From NCBI GenBank assembly GCA_032718475.1, contig JAUCBJ010005099.1:1-64000 (forward strand): DNA of 64,000 bases, read 5' to 3'. The translations under genes and the position numbers were made by a program. Shown one piece after another: positions 20,601 through 29,208 of this stretch (position 1 is its first letter; each line of letters begins with the position of its first letter). The notes under the pieces were generated by a model. That model did not search any database. It was given only the letters and a program-made list of their open reading frames with translations, and was not told where the DNA came from. This DNA comes from Nemertoderma westbladi (taxonomy: Eukaryota > Animalia > Xenacoelomorpha).

Positions 20601-22769
20601 CAGGTAATTAAACTTCTCCCGTGATGTAAAGGCGCACACGGCGATCTGGGATTCGATATAGTCTACGAAAGTATGCCAGTGTTTTGAGCTACCAGAAAAT
20701 TTCGGTGGTTGTTGTACCGGCAATCCCTGTCTGGCTGCGAATTTCGCTATCTCCTCGGCAACGTTCAGAGTTTCGCGTCCTTGGTTGGTAATTTGGTTGA
20801 TATCCCTTCTTGGCGCTTTTCCCTGATACGATGGGTGTTTTGAAGGTACCGGTCTTTGTGGTTCCTTCGGGTGTCTATTGTGTTCGAATTCAGTGTTCCT
20901 CGAACTATCGGTTTGAACTTCCTCCAGACGCTCCTCGATCTGAGCCAACTTGTTAACAACTGGTCGCATGATGTCGGCGAACTGTTGTGTACTGATTGCG
21001 TCCGTTGGTTGTAACGCCTTCTGTGTTGGTGTATTCTGTGGAGGATTGTCTACAAAGGAGTTGTCTGAACGCTCGCGTTTATATTCATCGGCTAATAAAC
21101 TACTACGATCCGTAATCGGCGGGTTACTTACCTTGACTTTCGGAATAGGCGACGACGTTGCTCTTGGCGGTGTAAACTTGTCCGGAATAACAAACCTGTG
21201 TTCCGTCGCACCATGGATAGGAGAAATATTACTACTACCAGCAATCGAAACAGGTTCCTTAGTCGTAACCGGTGCAAACATAGGAGTTACCTGGGGGAAT
21301 CTTTGACATAAGTCTTTAACTAATTGTCTTTCTCGCCCAGGTGCCCCTACACTTCCTTCCTTCATTCGTTCCTGAATTTGACGGTGCCTTACCTCTAACT
21401 GGTCCAAATCATGTCCGTCACGAGATCTCATCGATCGATCGCGGGCTTGTAGATCCAGATCTTCCTTCGCGTTGGCTAATTCTCTCACCTTCTTCCCGAG
21501 TTCGAAATGAAGTTTAACTTCCTTCTCGCGTTGTTCCGTCTGTTGTTGTTGCGCCTCGAACTCCGCTTGTCGTATAGCTGATTGAGCCTTTATTTGCCGT
21601 TTTTTCATCTCGGCTCTCGCTTCTGAAACTAACCTTTGTCGTTCTAGCTCGGCCGCTGCTGCTGCCGCCGCTGCTTGTCGCTCTGACTCAGCCGCTGCCG
21701 CTTGTCGCTCTAACTCAGCCGCTGCCACTTGTCGCTCTAACTCAGCCGCTGCCGCTGCCGCCATTTGTTGTGCAATGTCCAACTCTAACCTTTCCATCTC
21801 GGCTGCTTCCAACTCGGCTTGTTCTTGCAGATGAGAGATTCTTGCAACATTCACAACCCGTAGTTTCTCTTCTTGTACTGCTGCTTGTGCCATTAGCAGT
21901 TGAGTTTGTTCCTCCATCTCCTGTTGTTGTCTGTAGAGTTGCTGTTGTCGAGCAGTTTCTGACGTAGCCATACTCACCTCGCCAATTTCGCTGCGAATAC
22001 TCACCAGTGATTGATCTAGTGTCCCCAGTGCCAGTTCGATTTGTGCGAGTGAAGTTTCCCTCGTAGCCTCCGGCACGGTTTCCCAATCTCCGACGTCCTC
22101 ACCGCACATGCGTAAGTGATCCGTCAGGTGTTTCAATTGTCCATCCAGTCGGTACAGTTCCTGTTCTTCCTCGGGCTGCAATAATTCGTCCGAAACTGAC
22201 TCACCTAACAACTGGTCCGCTTGTTCCTGTTGTATCTGCCTAATCGTCGACTTAAACTGAATCAGTTTCTCTCTAGTGATCATTAGTTTCTCGAGGATTC
22301 TAAGCTGAGTGTCCATATCCTGTCTCTGTCTAGCTAGATCTTGTAGACCAATTAGGTTATCTACGGACTTATATACTTTACTCTGTACTCTCACCTGTAG
22401 AGTGTAGAACTCAAACCGAGACATCGGAGCGGTCAACTCGTCTAATATGCGTTGGCCTTCTCCAATACTCCTGGTAATATGCGCCATGTAACCTCCGACG
22501 CTTCTAACCACACTCTCCTGGCTTCCTACTGAACTTACCATCTCCGTTTCCCTGTATCTAGGTTGCGGAACAGTTAGAAAGTCCTCGGTCCTGCCGTCGC
22601 CTCGTACTACGGCATCCGGTACTCCCGTTGGATGTACTGGTGACGCACACGGTGTAGGTTCGGTAGGCTCGCGAGTCTTCCCCTGTTGTCCTTCCGCTGC
22701 TGACTTATCCGCGTCACATGAGTCATAGTCGGTAGGTGTATTCTTTGTATAGTCTTGTTTGTCACTCAT
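14631..22769 (-). CDS. BEL/Pao gag-pol polyprotein (2712 aa)
   Basis: Coiled-coil N-terminus; DUF1759-like PPKFSG..W..F..EKFNYL; knuckles CWRCTRHGHIRKDC and CPSCGRNHDGLLH; protease AILDSAS; RT YLPHH..KVRVVND..DVEAMFHQV..FYVDD; RNase H FSDAS..PRAEL..WTD..NPAD; integrase H..H..CIIC, GIDCFGP, SDQGTNFVG, GGVWERLI. Confidence 0.97.
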   Translation of the reverse strand: MSDKQDYTKNTPTDYDSCDADKSAAEGQQGKTREPTEPTPCASPVHPTGVPDAVVRGDGRTEDFLTVPQPRYRETEMVSSVGSQESVVRSVGGYMAHITRSIGEGQRILDELTAPMSRFEFYTLQVRVQSKVYKSVDNLIGLQDLARQRQDMDTQLRILEKLMITREKLIQFKSTIRQIQQEQADQLLGESVSDELLQPEEEQELYRLDGQLKHLTDHLRMCGEDVGDWETVPEATRETSLAQIELALGTLDQSLVSIRSEIGEVSMATSETARQQQLYRQQQEMEEQTQLLMAQAAVQEEKLRVVNVARISHLQEQAELEAAEMERLELDIAQQMAAAAAAELERQVAAAELERQAAAAESERQAAAAAAAAELERQRLVSEARAEMKKRQIKAQSAIRQAEFEAQQQQTEQREKEVKLHFELGKKVRELANAKEDLDLQARDRSMRSRDGHDLDQLEVRHRQIQERMKEGSVGAPGRERQLVKDLCQRFPQVTPMFAPVTTKEPVSIAGSSNISPIHGATEHRFVIPDKFTPPRATSSPIPKVKVSNPPITDRSSLLADEYKRERSDNSFVDNPPQNTPTQKALQPTDAISTQQFADIMRPVVNKLAQIEERLEEVQTDSSRNTEFEHNRHPKEPQRPVPSKHPSYQGKAPRRDINQITNQGRETLNVAEEIAKFAARQGLPVQQPPKFSGSSKHWHTFVDYIESQIAVCAFTSREKFNYLLQTLSGEPKRLAETFVGVPDAFELAYDRLTSIYGGTVSMARSVIEELCKGGAITKPVDLLKLADEIKNAITTLRSIGQLDYGNTPTVLLKIIGRLHHRLRREWRKVEYQREERGGFLKLEDVYLLISREAVVETRSNYTDQHIVAEGITLPSSNRQKPQTTSTKTATYATPTETRQFSDGSRVSAPIGTKQTRQQLSTDFSGCQYCEHLGKRYIGHKLRGCRQFRELSSEERRLQIRPLDSCWRCTRHGHIRKDCPNTDTCPSCGRNHDGLLHTDSHTPTKRFAREHPEAAARCDAAYRKRESKTTPTFVTHIEDCFSEQSGSSDEESEDDDVYSDGDEQPSIALLTTDQLKGFSVIPIKITGTKGSKRIYAILDSASSHSYVDEKIADVVTDLRQGKRVSYTVSSMHGQRAIPVTRVKLNLDSLLPKSQHSERERSLLPFKDLTFAATKDFSNLLGPVPEQSLEDRKYFRHLGVPECPVNYRSVAMLIGTDQFNLHQVWETRPSAVVAGNAYACRTPIGWYTRAPVRTLDVSDEEDDVQSTCSLLTTNSIHSFSHDVNHTTLQSTKHDRRVTSMISHKEQLTHQVSLELGEKTSQLEIPSTTDDNAGRLASLPTPITSTIPVEIDNDALRNHQLEQAVLDKELTVKTIRWLEQDTAEPGSYEPCMSEQEKQSLKIMEDTIRQTEDGHYEVGMLWRSQSPKLINNYPLALRRLHSIRQRLLKDEKAHLQYNTQMETYLTKGYAIRMTNPEIVTDQTYYLPHHYVRHPDKPDKVRVVNDCAALFEGMSLNSELMDGPNMNNYLMGVIMRFRQRQVAFTCDVEAMFHQVRALERDRDSLRFLWYPEGDLSLPPATYQMQVRVFGARDSPNCTMYALKQAARDQKHLYDPEIIRIVERDFYVDDGLQSCDTVERATIVAHQLRDCLAGGGFNLTKFASNSAELVDSFGTTERGGGDIDLEFEPLPTTKVLGLFWDPNTDNFRVKVRLDSQENTLTKRSCLSKLSRLFDPLGFISPIILQARIYMRSIWKDGLTWDEPISSDQVDLWKTWETELSSLEDYSIPRVYFPLQTTFPDNLELHCFSDASDNGFGVAAYLRRQVDSEEFDVSLITSKAKTMPTKYMTTPRAELQAATLSTTIVNLIQTELQSSLQIFYWTDATLVLFYINNDTLEFKTFVANRRAEILDRSIKEDWRHCPRPQNPADIASRGMMPEEFCKPENKEFWQHGPQFLQRPTLNWPPLYDNKSNTIPKDAEIKKPKKGKAKKKTTAAKLKKKPKAKWKDITSKVKRGRLASLSTPDISPDGQTDTLLDGQPDVLPDTSLDISPDVPRNILPDMSQNVLPDISNVLTNSKAAVSLLERPCIDKLPILTHLSNHKHGETSCITDVGSTYANVNTGVTLRSRDIPNLQPMVRPGINVGRKISLPKPTDPIEFKPPLTIDLQSTDNQGKKTKKDKLLVDPDGSTVNKGIPTGGPVGPSSKSKPSKIFIDLPDDVTNTHIDRIVNLTDSWSNACRKLAWIVRFVQYVKGKRDFTRRLTLAEIDRCEIKLIRHYQLRYFAREFTSINQGQPIKSSPILSWSPIIYNGLICHKSRLQNIDFNTNFRYPIIIPQHHELQRAMILDAHLHLKHAGRHHCLSYLRTRFVLIRPSKALSSVTRTCIICKKVHSRIGTQEMSELPQARLQAFRPPFTETGIDCFGPIHTKRGRILVKRWGLIFTCMSSRAVHIERVMDLSTNAFILALRRFIARRGLVKCLYSDQGTNFVGARNEIARAFKKLDHDQISNELQPHKIVWKFNPPDSPWRGGVWERLIRSIKTAMAKVIPVNHILTDDQLTTLFVEIEAILNTRPIVLVPDDKQSQFALTPAHLLMQAPTTLIPISIPTESDSYGRKAWKITQLLANKFWEIWQNHYLPSISARTTWYNNTRALKPGDHVLLAEVNLKRRFWITGVILATHPSMDGVTRTVTVRTIDGRTVDRPTQRLVLLEETTNLHLILVNN

Positions 22770-22852
22770 TTTGGTAGTTGTAAGTCAAGTAAAGTGAGTG
22801 TCAAAGTATCAAACTTACCGTATTTGTATAAAACGGTACTAATTACAGTCAT

Positions 22853-22980
22853 ATAAAATTAGCCTACCGGCCGATTTTATAGCAGATGGATAAAATTAGC
22901 CTAAACGGCCAATTTTACAGCAAATAAATGTCACGGTATAAGTATATAATAAAATTAGCCTAGCGGCCAATTTTATAACA
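22853..22980 (-). repeat. Three spaced copies of ATAAAATTAGCCTA..GGCC.ATTTTA in the 5' leader of family A
   Basis: Copies near 22853, 22889 and 22949; each is an imperfect palindrome. Confidence 0.7.
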
Positions 22981-23566
22981 AATAAATCGGATAACGATAT
23001 GCGTTATCAAAAGGTAAATTAAATACAATAATACGGACTAATTCAGCAATAAACAAAGAAATCATACGGAATGCATAAATACTTGAGACAGTGGAACCCA
23101 CAATAAATTTTAACTAATACGGTAATGCCTAACTTATTTATGCAACTTTTCGAACTCACCCACTCCAATAATTCTCCAGAAAAACAGATTCCCAGATACA
23201 AACCGGACGTGAACCTTTCCGTTTTCAGCGTTGCGGACGAAACGCGATTTTCCCAACCAAAGTTGTTGAGTTATCTATATCCCAAACTTGCTAAACACGG
23301 TCTTGCTCCCGTTACAGTCTAGAAATGAGTTCTGAATCCTGAAAAACAAAAGAGTTAGGTTTTACTTTACGAAAAATTTTGTACCGGTACAATATGGTAT
23401 TTAAACCCTTTTAAACACCGGTATTCAATTCCAAAAATATTTTACACGCGGTTCAAATCAAATTTTATTTCAAAAATTAGCACTTAGCTAATCAAATACA
23501 AATTTTTACCTCAAAATACAAAATTTTCAAATAACTTTAGTCCTACCGAACCGTAGTTCAGTAAAA

Positions 23567-23577
23567 CACATTCCTAC
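23567..23577 (-). other. Primer-binding-site position: GTAGGAATGTG (non-tRNA), complementary to LTR-internal 24603-24613
   Basis: Immediately follows the 5' LTR on the sense strand. No TGG within ~50 nt. Exact 11-nt inverted match to 24603-24613 and 9081-9091. Confidence 0.6.
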
Positions 23578-25047
23578 TATTCGAAGAGACAGTAACAATA
23601 CCTGCAATATCCTACTGTAAAGTTTGTGAATCAAATCATAAATCCGACCTTCTCACCAAAACAGTAAACTCTAAGTAAGCGAATATATTGCAGTATCGAT
23701 CTCTTATAACCGGTGAGGCAGAAAACAGTCTATGAGCAGACAAACTTCGATAAAACAAAATCCCGCGCAGCGAATCCTAAAATCAGGCTGACTCACTGAC
23801 GGACTAAGAGGCTGGTATACTTTGCCGCGGTGTGATTTATATGGTTGGGCAAAGAGACGCTAGCTAGGTACAGAGGCAGATATTTGGAGATGTCTAACTA
23901 GCGGGCAAAACACAGTAAGGACGAAAGTTAATTTTATATATTTTGAGGTGTAAATAATTTCTAACGCGCGCGTGTGTTAATTCTGAACAGTCAAAGCAGT
24001 TTTGCTCCTTCACATATATAATTACTGGGTACGGTGTGCATTTTACAAATATTCTAATTTTGTAACTTGTAGGTCCAATACTCACGAATGATAAGGTTCC
24101 TTCCCCTCTTGCGTATTTCCAGGACTCAAATTCAGGCATAAGGTTAATGCTACGCCCAGAATTCGGCAATTTTAATTTACCAGGTCCCTAATACTAAGAA
24201 GAAATGTGTTAGTTTACTACTGTAGGCGTACAGTTACTAATAGCTATCCTGGCTCTTATCTAGAATTTTAGTCACCCAGGTAGTCCGGGTAACTTCCTAT
24301 TAGGGCGTTGGCGGGGACACGGTAGATGTTAGTATCCCTAATAGCCTCAATTTATTTGCGCCTAGTTGTAAACTGCCCTACCGCCTGAACGGTACAATCC
24401 CAATTCAGGTGAAACACAGCAACCCTCCTAGCCTACAAGTTCTAATGCAATGGACACTTGTACTGCAAATAGTCGCAAACGCACCTGTACTTAGCAAGAG
24501 TTAGGCGTACAGTTTGCTGCACCCTACCAATGTGTATGCTGCGTACCGGTGTGCCTACGTCCTATCTGCGTACTAGTATCTGCCTGCGCTCTCCCCCCCC
24601 CCGTAGGAATGTGAAGGTCTACTGTGGTTTTTTCCTGAATCAAGACAGTACAGTCCCTAAGATGTAATTTTAGGCTCACAGCGTGTCACTACTTCTACCT
24701 TTTGATCTTTGGTCTTACTCTTAAGTAGCGAGGCGTCGAACGCTGTCTAACCTTTCAGGCGATGGGCGAATAACTCAAGATGGTATTGCGGGTTGTCTCT
24801 TATCTACATTCCCGTGATGTTCCCGTTCATTGCTGCGGCCCGATCTCTAGCTGGCCATCCTGTCCCTTAGTTGGGTTCACCGTGGTGAATCATGGTAAAA
24901 CAGATAGAAAAGGCAGATTAGCGATAATTCTGACTTTATTACAGAAGATATAATTATAATACAATGTAATCTGAAATAAACTAAGCACGACAGAATATTG
25001 ATAAGATAAGATAATCTGAGAAGTATAACTAATGAACAAATCGCACC

Positions 25048-25194
25048 TTTATATAGCAAATTTGTGCTGCAATCAATCGAGAAAATTCTCGATTGTTCTA
25101 TAGGTTCTAACAGGTTTTTAAAGATAGCTATTGGTCCAGCTAATATATAACTTGCACGACATTGGTTACAATCAAATAACTACAGTCTCATTGG
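25048..25194 (-). promoter_or_regulatory. Pol II promoter of the family A LTR: three CCAAT boxes ~30 bp apart plus TATATAAA
   Basis: Plus-strand ATTGG at 25130, 25161 and 25190; TTTATATA at 25048-25055; sense AATAAA at ~24934-24939 followed by a U-rich tract. Confidence 0.6.
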
Positions 25195-25251
25195 TACAGA
25201 CAAATGCAATTAATTTGTAGCGGTCAATTTAAATGAGTTGAAATTCTGTAC

Positions 25252-25338
25252 AAAAAATAATTCGCACTTACTAGGATTCGAACTCAATACCTACTACACA
25301 TATAATTTCCAACGCTCTACCGACTGAGCTACTGAACC
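25252..25338 (-). other. tRNA-derived Pol III-type unit inside the 5' LTR
   Basis: Identical to 9730-9816. Confidence 0.7.
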
Positions 25339-25729
25339 ACTTGACCAATAGGCATACAAATGATAGAACAAACACAAATGAGGACTCAAAGTAATCTTTT
25401 ACAAAGTTAATTCGAATAAAATAAAATTTTGAAAATCCACGGCATTTAGGGAATATAATTCTATAATCGTACTGGCAGAAAGTTAAATATTTGTTCTAGA
25501 ACAAAAAACCTCACGATAAAAGCCATTTTCATATGAAAAAATCTGTTTAAAAAGTGGGTACCCATTACATAGTAGTGCCTAGATAATGTTCTGAAATTAT
25601 CAAATATTGTGTTCTAGAACACAATATGTTTTTGAAAAAGGTTGTGAGAAAGTCAACGATGGTAATTTAGTTCGAAATTTGCTCGAGAATAGTGAAAAAG
25701 TTCTACTTTTTTCCCAAGTAAGAAATAAT

Positions 25730-26475
25730 GGCACTACTACAGTATGTGTACCCATGACCGGGATATTTTTGTAGTTTGTGGCGGAAGTTTGGCTAAAGTT
25801 TGTGGCGCTACTACAGTATGTGTAGGCCTACCCATGACCGGGATATTTTTGTAGTAGCTAGTTTTTGCTACTTTATTTTTTTAAATGTTCTATGTCATAT
25901 TAGAGCTATAGTTTTGCAAAAAAAAAATGTTCTAGAACAAATCTTTTTGTTCTAGAACATTTTTTTAAAAATTTATAATTCCTATTAATACACCTTAAAA
26001 TGTTAATCTGTTGCCTTTAAATACTTTTAATGTTTACAGTTGTAGGTTCACTTTAACTGCTTTCATTAAAAAAAATGCCACGTCATGAAAACAAAAAGTG
26101 CTCTAAAGATACAAATATTATTGAGATTTCCAAAGAATAGTATAAAAGAAAAGTATATAATTTTGAAAAAAAATTTTATTTTAATAATAGCTAACTTGGA
26201 AAATCATTAGCTAGCCTGATAATTTGAATTTAAAAAAAAAATGTTAAATGTTTATAGATAAATAAACTATTTATTAGGCCTACACAGAATTACTAATTTT
26301 TAAGACATTTTTTTTTATATAAAAATATTCTAGAACAAAAAATATTTGTTCTAGAACAAATTTTTTTTACCTAACAATAGCTAACATGAAATAGAATAGT
26401 TCTAAAAAAAAGTTGCAAAAACTAGCTTTAGTAAAAAAAAAATATGGTCATGGGTACACATACTGTAGTAGTGCC
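25730..26475. mobile_element. Mutator/MULE-like MITE
   Basis: 30-bp TIRs GGCACTACTACAGTATGTGTACCCATGACC / GGTCATGGGTACACATACTGTAGTAGTGCC; 9-bp TSD AGAAATAAT (25721-25729, 26476-26484). Confidence 0.88.
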
Positions 26476-26649
26476 AGAAATAATTATATTTTAACGAATG
26501 TGGTCAAGTAATGACTACTATTGGCCTCTTGCCTTGATCCGGAATACCTGCTACCTCCATGAGGCAAAAATGAGGTGCCACTGGTGGGTGCGTAGACATA
26601 ATACACAGTACCGGTAGTAATATAATTATCATGCTCTTTAAAGGTACAC

Positions 26650-26740
26650 GTTTTCTGTGCAGCAGTGGAGCCTGTGCTGCTTTATGGCAGCCCATGCTGG
26701 GCTCTAACTGCTGACGACACCTGGTCTCTGGACGGCTCGC
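26650..26740 (+). mobile_element. Short fragment of an RTE-group LINE (post-RT region)
   Basis: Translates F.AAVEPVLLYGSPCWALTADDTWSLDG, matching the LINE at ~56260-56340. Confidence 0.65.
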
Positions 26741-27072
26741 TCAGCCACAGGCTGGCAGGAGGAAACCTCCTTTATACTGCATCACAGTATCAGGTTTTTT
26801 GGATCAATGACCAGACGTCATGTGTGACCTGATACATTCGTTAAACAATATTCCGAATATTGAGACAATCAAATTTAGGCCGACATCAAAAATATGTTGC
26901 TACTTCAACAAGGATATGATGAAAAAATATATATTATTGCTAACTAATTAAATCTCATTGGAAAAATTACTTAATCGGCTACGACATCTTCTAGTGAAAA
27001 TTATCAAAATGAACAATAACATAATAAAAGCCAGAAAAGGATCCCCCATCTTTCGTCAATCAAAGGACATTT

Positions 27073-27708
27073 TCAGACATTCAATGGAGTATTCGGCCAA
27101 TATTTCGGCTGTTTTTTATCGAATAGCTGGTTGTATTTCGACTGCATTCGAGTTTCCCGACAAGAAATATCCTTACAATTGGCCCCGTATAGCAGAGCGA
27201 GTTCATTATTGCGAGCGTCCCCGTGGTCAGCGGTGGGTGGGGATGTGGTCGGCTCGCGACAGTGGATGTACTCCGCGTCTATGTATCCCCGCGATAGACC
27301 CTCAGAGTCCACTCGCCTCTGTTTCATTCGCTCCCGCTCATCGCGGTGGGCTGCCGTTATCGCCAGGAATTCTTTCATCTCAGACGTTACCTCAAATACG
27401 AGTTGGTCACTCTCTGAGTCGCTTTGCTCTGAAAAATTGAGTTTGGAAAGCCTAACGTTCCCCACACCACCAACACTGGAGTCAGATTCTGAGTCGGAAA
27501 TATTAGAGACATTAAGACTAATCTGACCTACACTGTCGTTTGCTCGATATTCTCTACAGGTTCTTTGGAATTCGTTTTCCCGAGTATTGCCGAGTTGTCG
27601 CCGGCGGTACTCATACATCCAATGAAGTACTTGGGTGTAAACGTTCCAATATGCGTGGTATTTCGCATCTAAGTACCACAATTTCGTAGACTTACTAAGG
27701 TTACTCAT
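27073..27708 (-). CDS. GEMIN8: Gemin8 (SMN complex component), single coding exon
   Basis: 211 aa with WY...YHAYW..Y..VLHW N-terminus, EVTSEMKEFLAITAAHRDERE middle, and LLYG....I...ET.MQ..Y....DKKQPKYWPNTPL C-terminus typical of Gemin8. Confidence 0.88.
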   Translation of the reverse strand: MSNLSKSTKLWYLDAKYHAYWNVYTQVLHWMYEYRRRQLGNTRENEFQRTCREYRANDSVGQISLNVSNISDSESDSSVGGVGNVRLSKLNFSEQSDSESDQLVFEVTSEMKEFLAITAAHRDERERMKQRRVDSEGLSRGYIDAEYIHCREPTTSPPTADHGDARNNELALLYGANCKDISCRETRMQSKYNQLFDKKQPKYWPNTPLNV

Positions 27709-29208
27709 TATTTACCGGTACTGCATTTATGAGTCCTTCTGCCTTCTCAGCTTTCTATCAGAATTACCGGTACTGTATATCCCAAAAGAAACACAACATG
27801 CTGACATATGTGAAATGTAGCCTACTTAAGGTTGACTGGTTGAGAGCCACTGTCTTACTGAAGGATTAGCTCGTTTGTTGGATATGTTATAAAATCCCCA
27901 ATGCAAAATCCTGGCAAAAATTGTGTTTCATTGTTTCTTTCTGTCTTTATACCGGTAGTGACAAGTGCAAGTGGGAAATTTTTTATGGTTATTACTGTAT
28001 TAGGCAGTTAGGTGGAGTATTAAGCCTACCAGGACCAGCTGCTATGCGCCAATCCAAGAGGCTAGGCTATGCCTATTTAAAATTTAAACGCAATGGCAAT
28101 ACATAATAACCGGGTGACCGGTACTCTGGTACTGCGATAAAACAGAAACCTAAATAACAGTCAGCCAGTCCCGCACTACATGATACAGTACTGTCGCAGT
28201 TTAACTACCAACCAAGCCCCATACAGATGTCATCATGATTATACGGTCACCTGCTGAGTGCTGACTACTGAATATCTGAATATAGTGCAGTACAGCAACA
28301 GCAGTAGTGCAGGCAGGAGACAGGTAGTGGTAAAGACTGAAAGCTGGAAAGGTAGTGTTTCCAACTCAAACTATAATTTTTAAATTTCCCTCCTTTTAAA
28401 GCGATGGTTGGAATTGTAGGGCAAACCATGATTTTATAATCCGGCAGATATTTCATTATGCCTTTCAAGGAAGTAGTACCGGTAATGTTTTAATTATTAA
28501 CTGATTCGGGTAGGTAATACTGATGGCATCAGTAATCCGACTGATGCCCAACTGGCATCACTTAGTTAACTATAAGTTGTGAGCACCAGAAATGACATTA
28601 TATATATTTAAGCATAATACGATTTTCGATCCACCGCAGGGGTGTGTTCCAGAACGTTTTTACTCACAATTATTCCAATGGGAACAGCCCCGGTTTCAAG
28701 ATATAAAGTGTGCTATATCGCAACGATTATGACGTTTGGAACAGTTCAATTAATTTTACAAATGAATCCAAACCTACCGCATTGCATCAACATCTACTAT
28801 CTTAAATTCCTGGTTGTATCTTAATATATATAAAAAAAACATTTCACAATTATTGCAATGGGTGTATTAAATTCAATTTCCAGCCAACCAAGTACATTCA
28901 TTAACTACAATTTACATAATAGTCTCAAAAGTGCGTAATAAGATGGGAATTCCGATAAACCTAGTTTAATTGTACTGGAAACATGTTGTACCATTTGTTC
29001 ATTTTCAACAGTAAATTTATTTTCAAAATATATGGTGGCAATCGGATGAATTGTCTTAATCTAACCAGGGGACAATTTTTTAAATTGTAAATTACACAAA
29101 ATACCCCATTATGCTAATTGGGCATCGCATCAGGGGCATTGATCATATTATCATTTTATATATTTTATATTTAATATTTTCATATTATCATAACAATAAC
29201 AATAACAA

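Larger units (their letters stand above)
8049..25465 (-). mobile_element. Full-length BEL/Pao LTR retrotransposon family A (17.4 kb)
   Basis: Two nearly identical LTRs (8049-9943, 23578-25465), 5-bp TSD ATCGT (8044-8048, 25466-25470), intact 2712-aa gag-pol with BEL domain order PR-RT-RH-IN, PPT next to the 3' LTR. Confidence 0.97.
23578..25465 (-). repeat. 5' LTR of family A (1888 bp, TATAG...CGAATA)
   Basis: Direct repeat of 8049-9943, bounded by the TSD. Confidence 0.97.

Noticed and set aside
15058-22086. Many short antisense or overlapping ORFs within gag-pol
   Set aside because: Shadow frames of a long coding sequence.
24610-24900. Self-cleaving ribozyme upstream of the candidate primer
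   Set aside because: No hammerhead (CUGANGA...GAAA) or other core recognisable by eye.
5150-25580. A larger MULE-like host element (TTCTAGAA/TAGCTA-rich) into which the LINE and BEL element inserted; right TIR-like end at ~25555-25579
   Set aside because: Could not locate a matching left TIR or TSD, so boundaries are unsupported.
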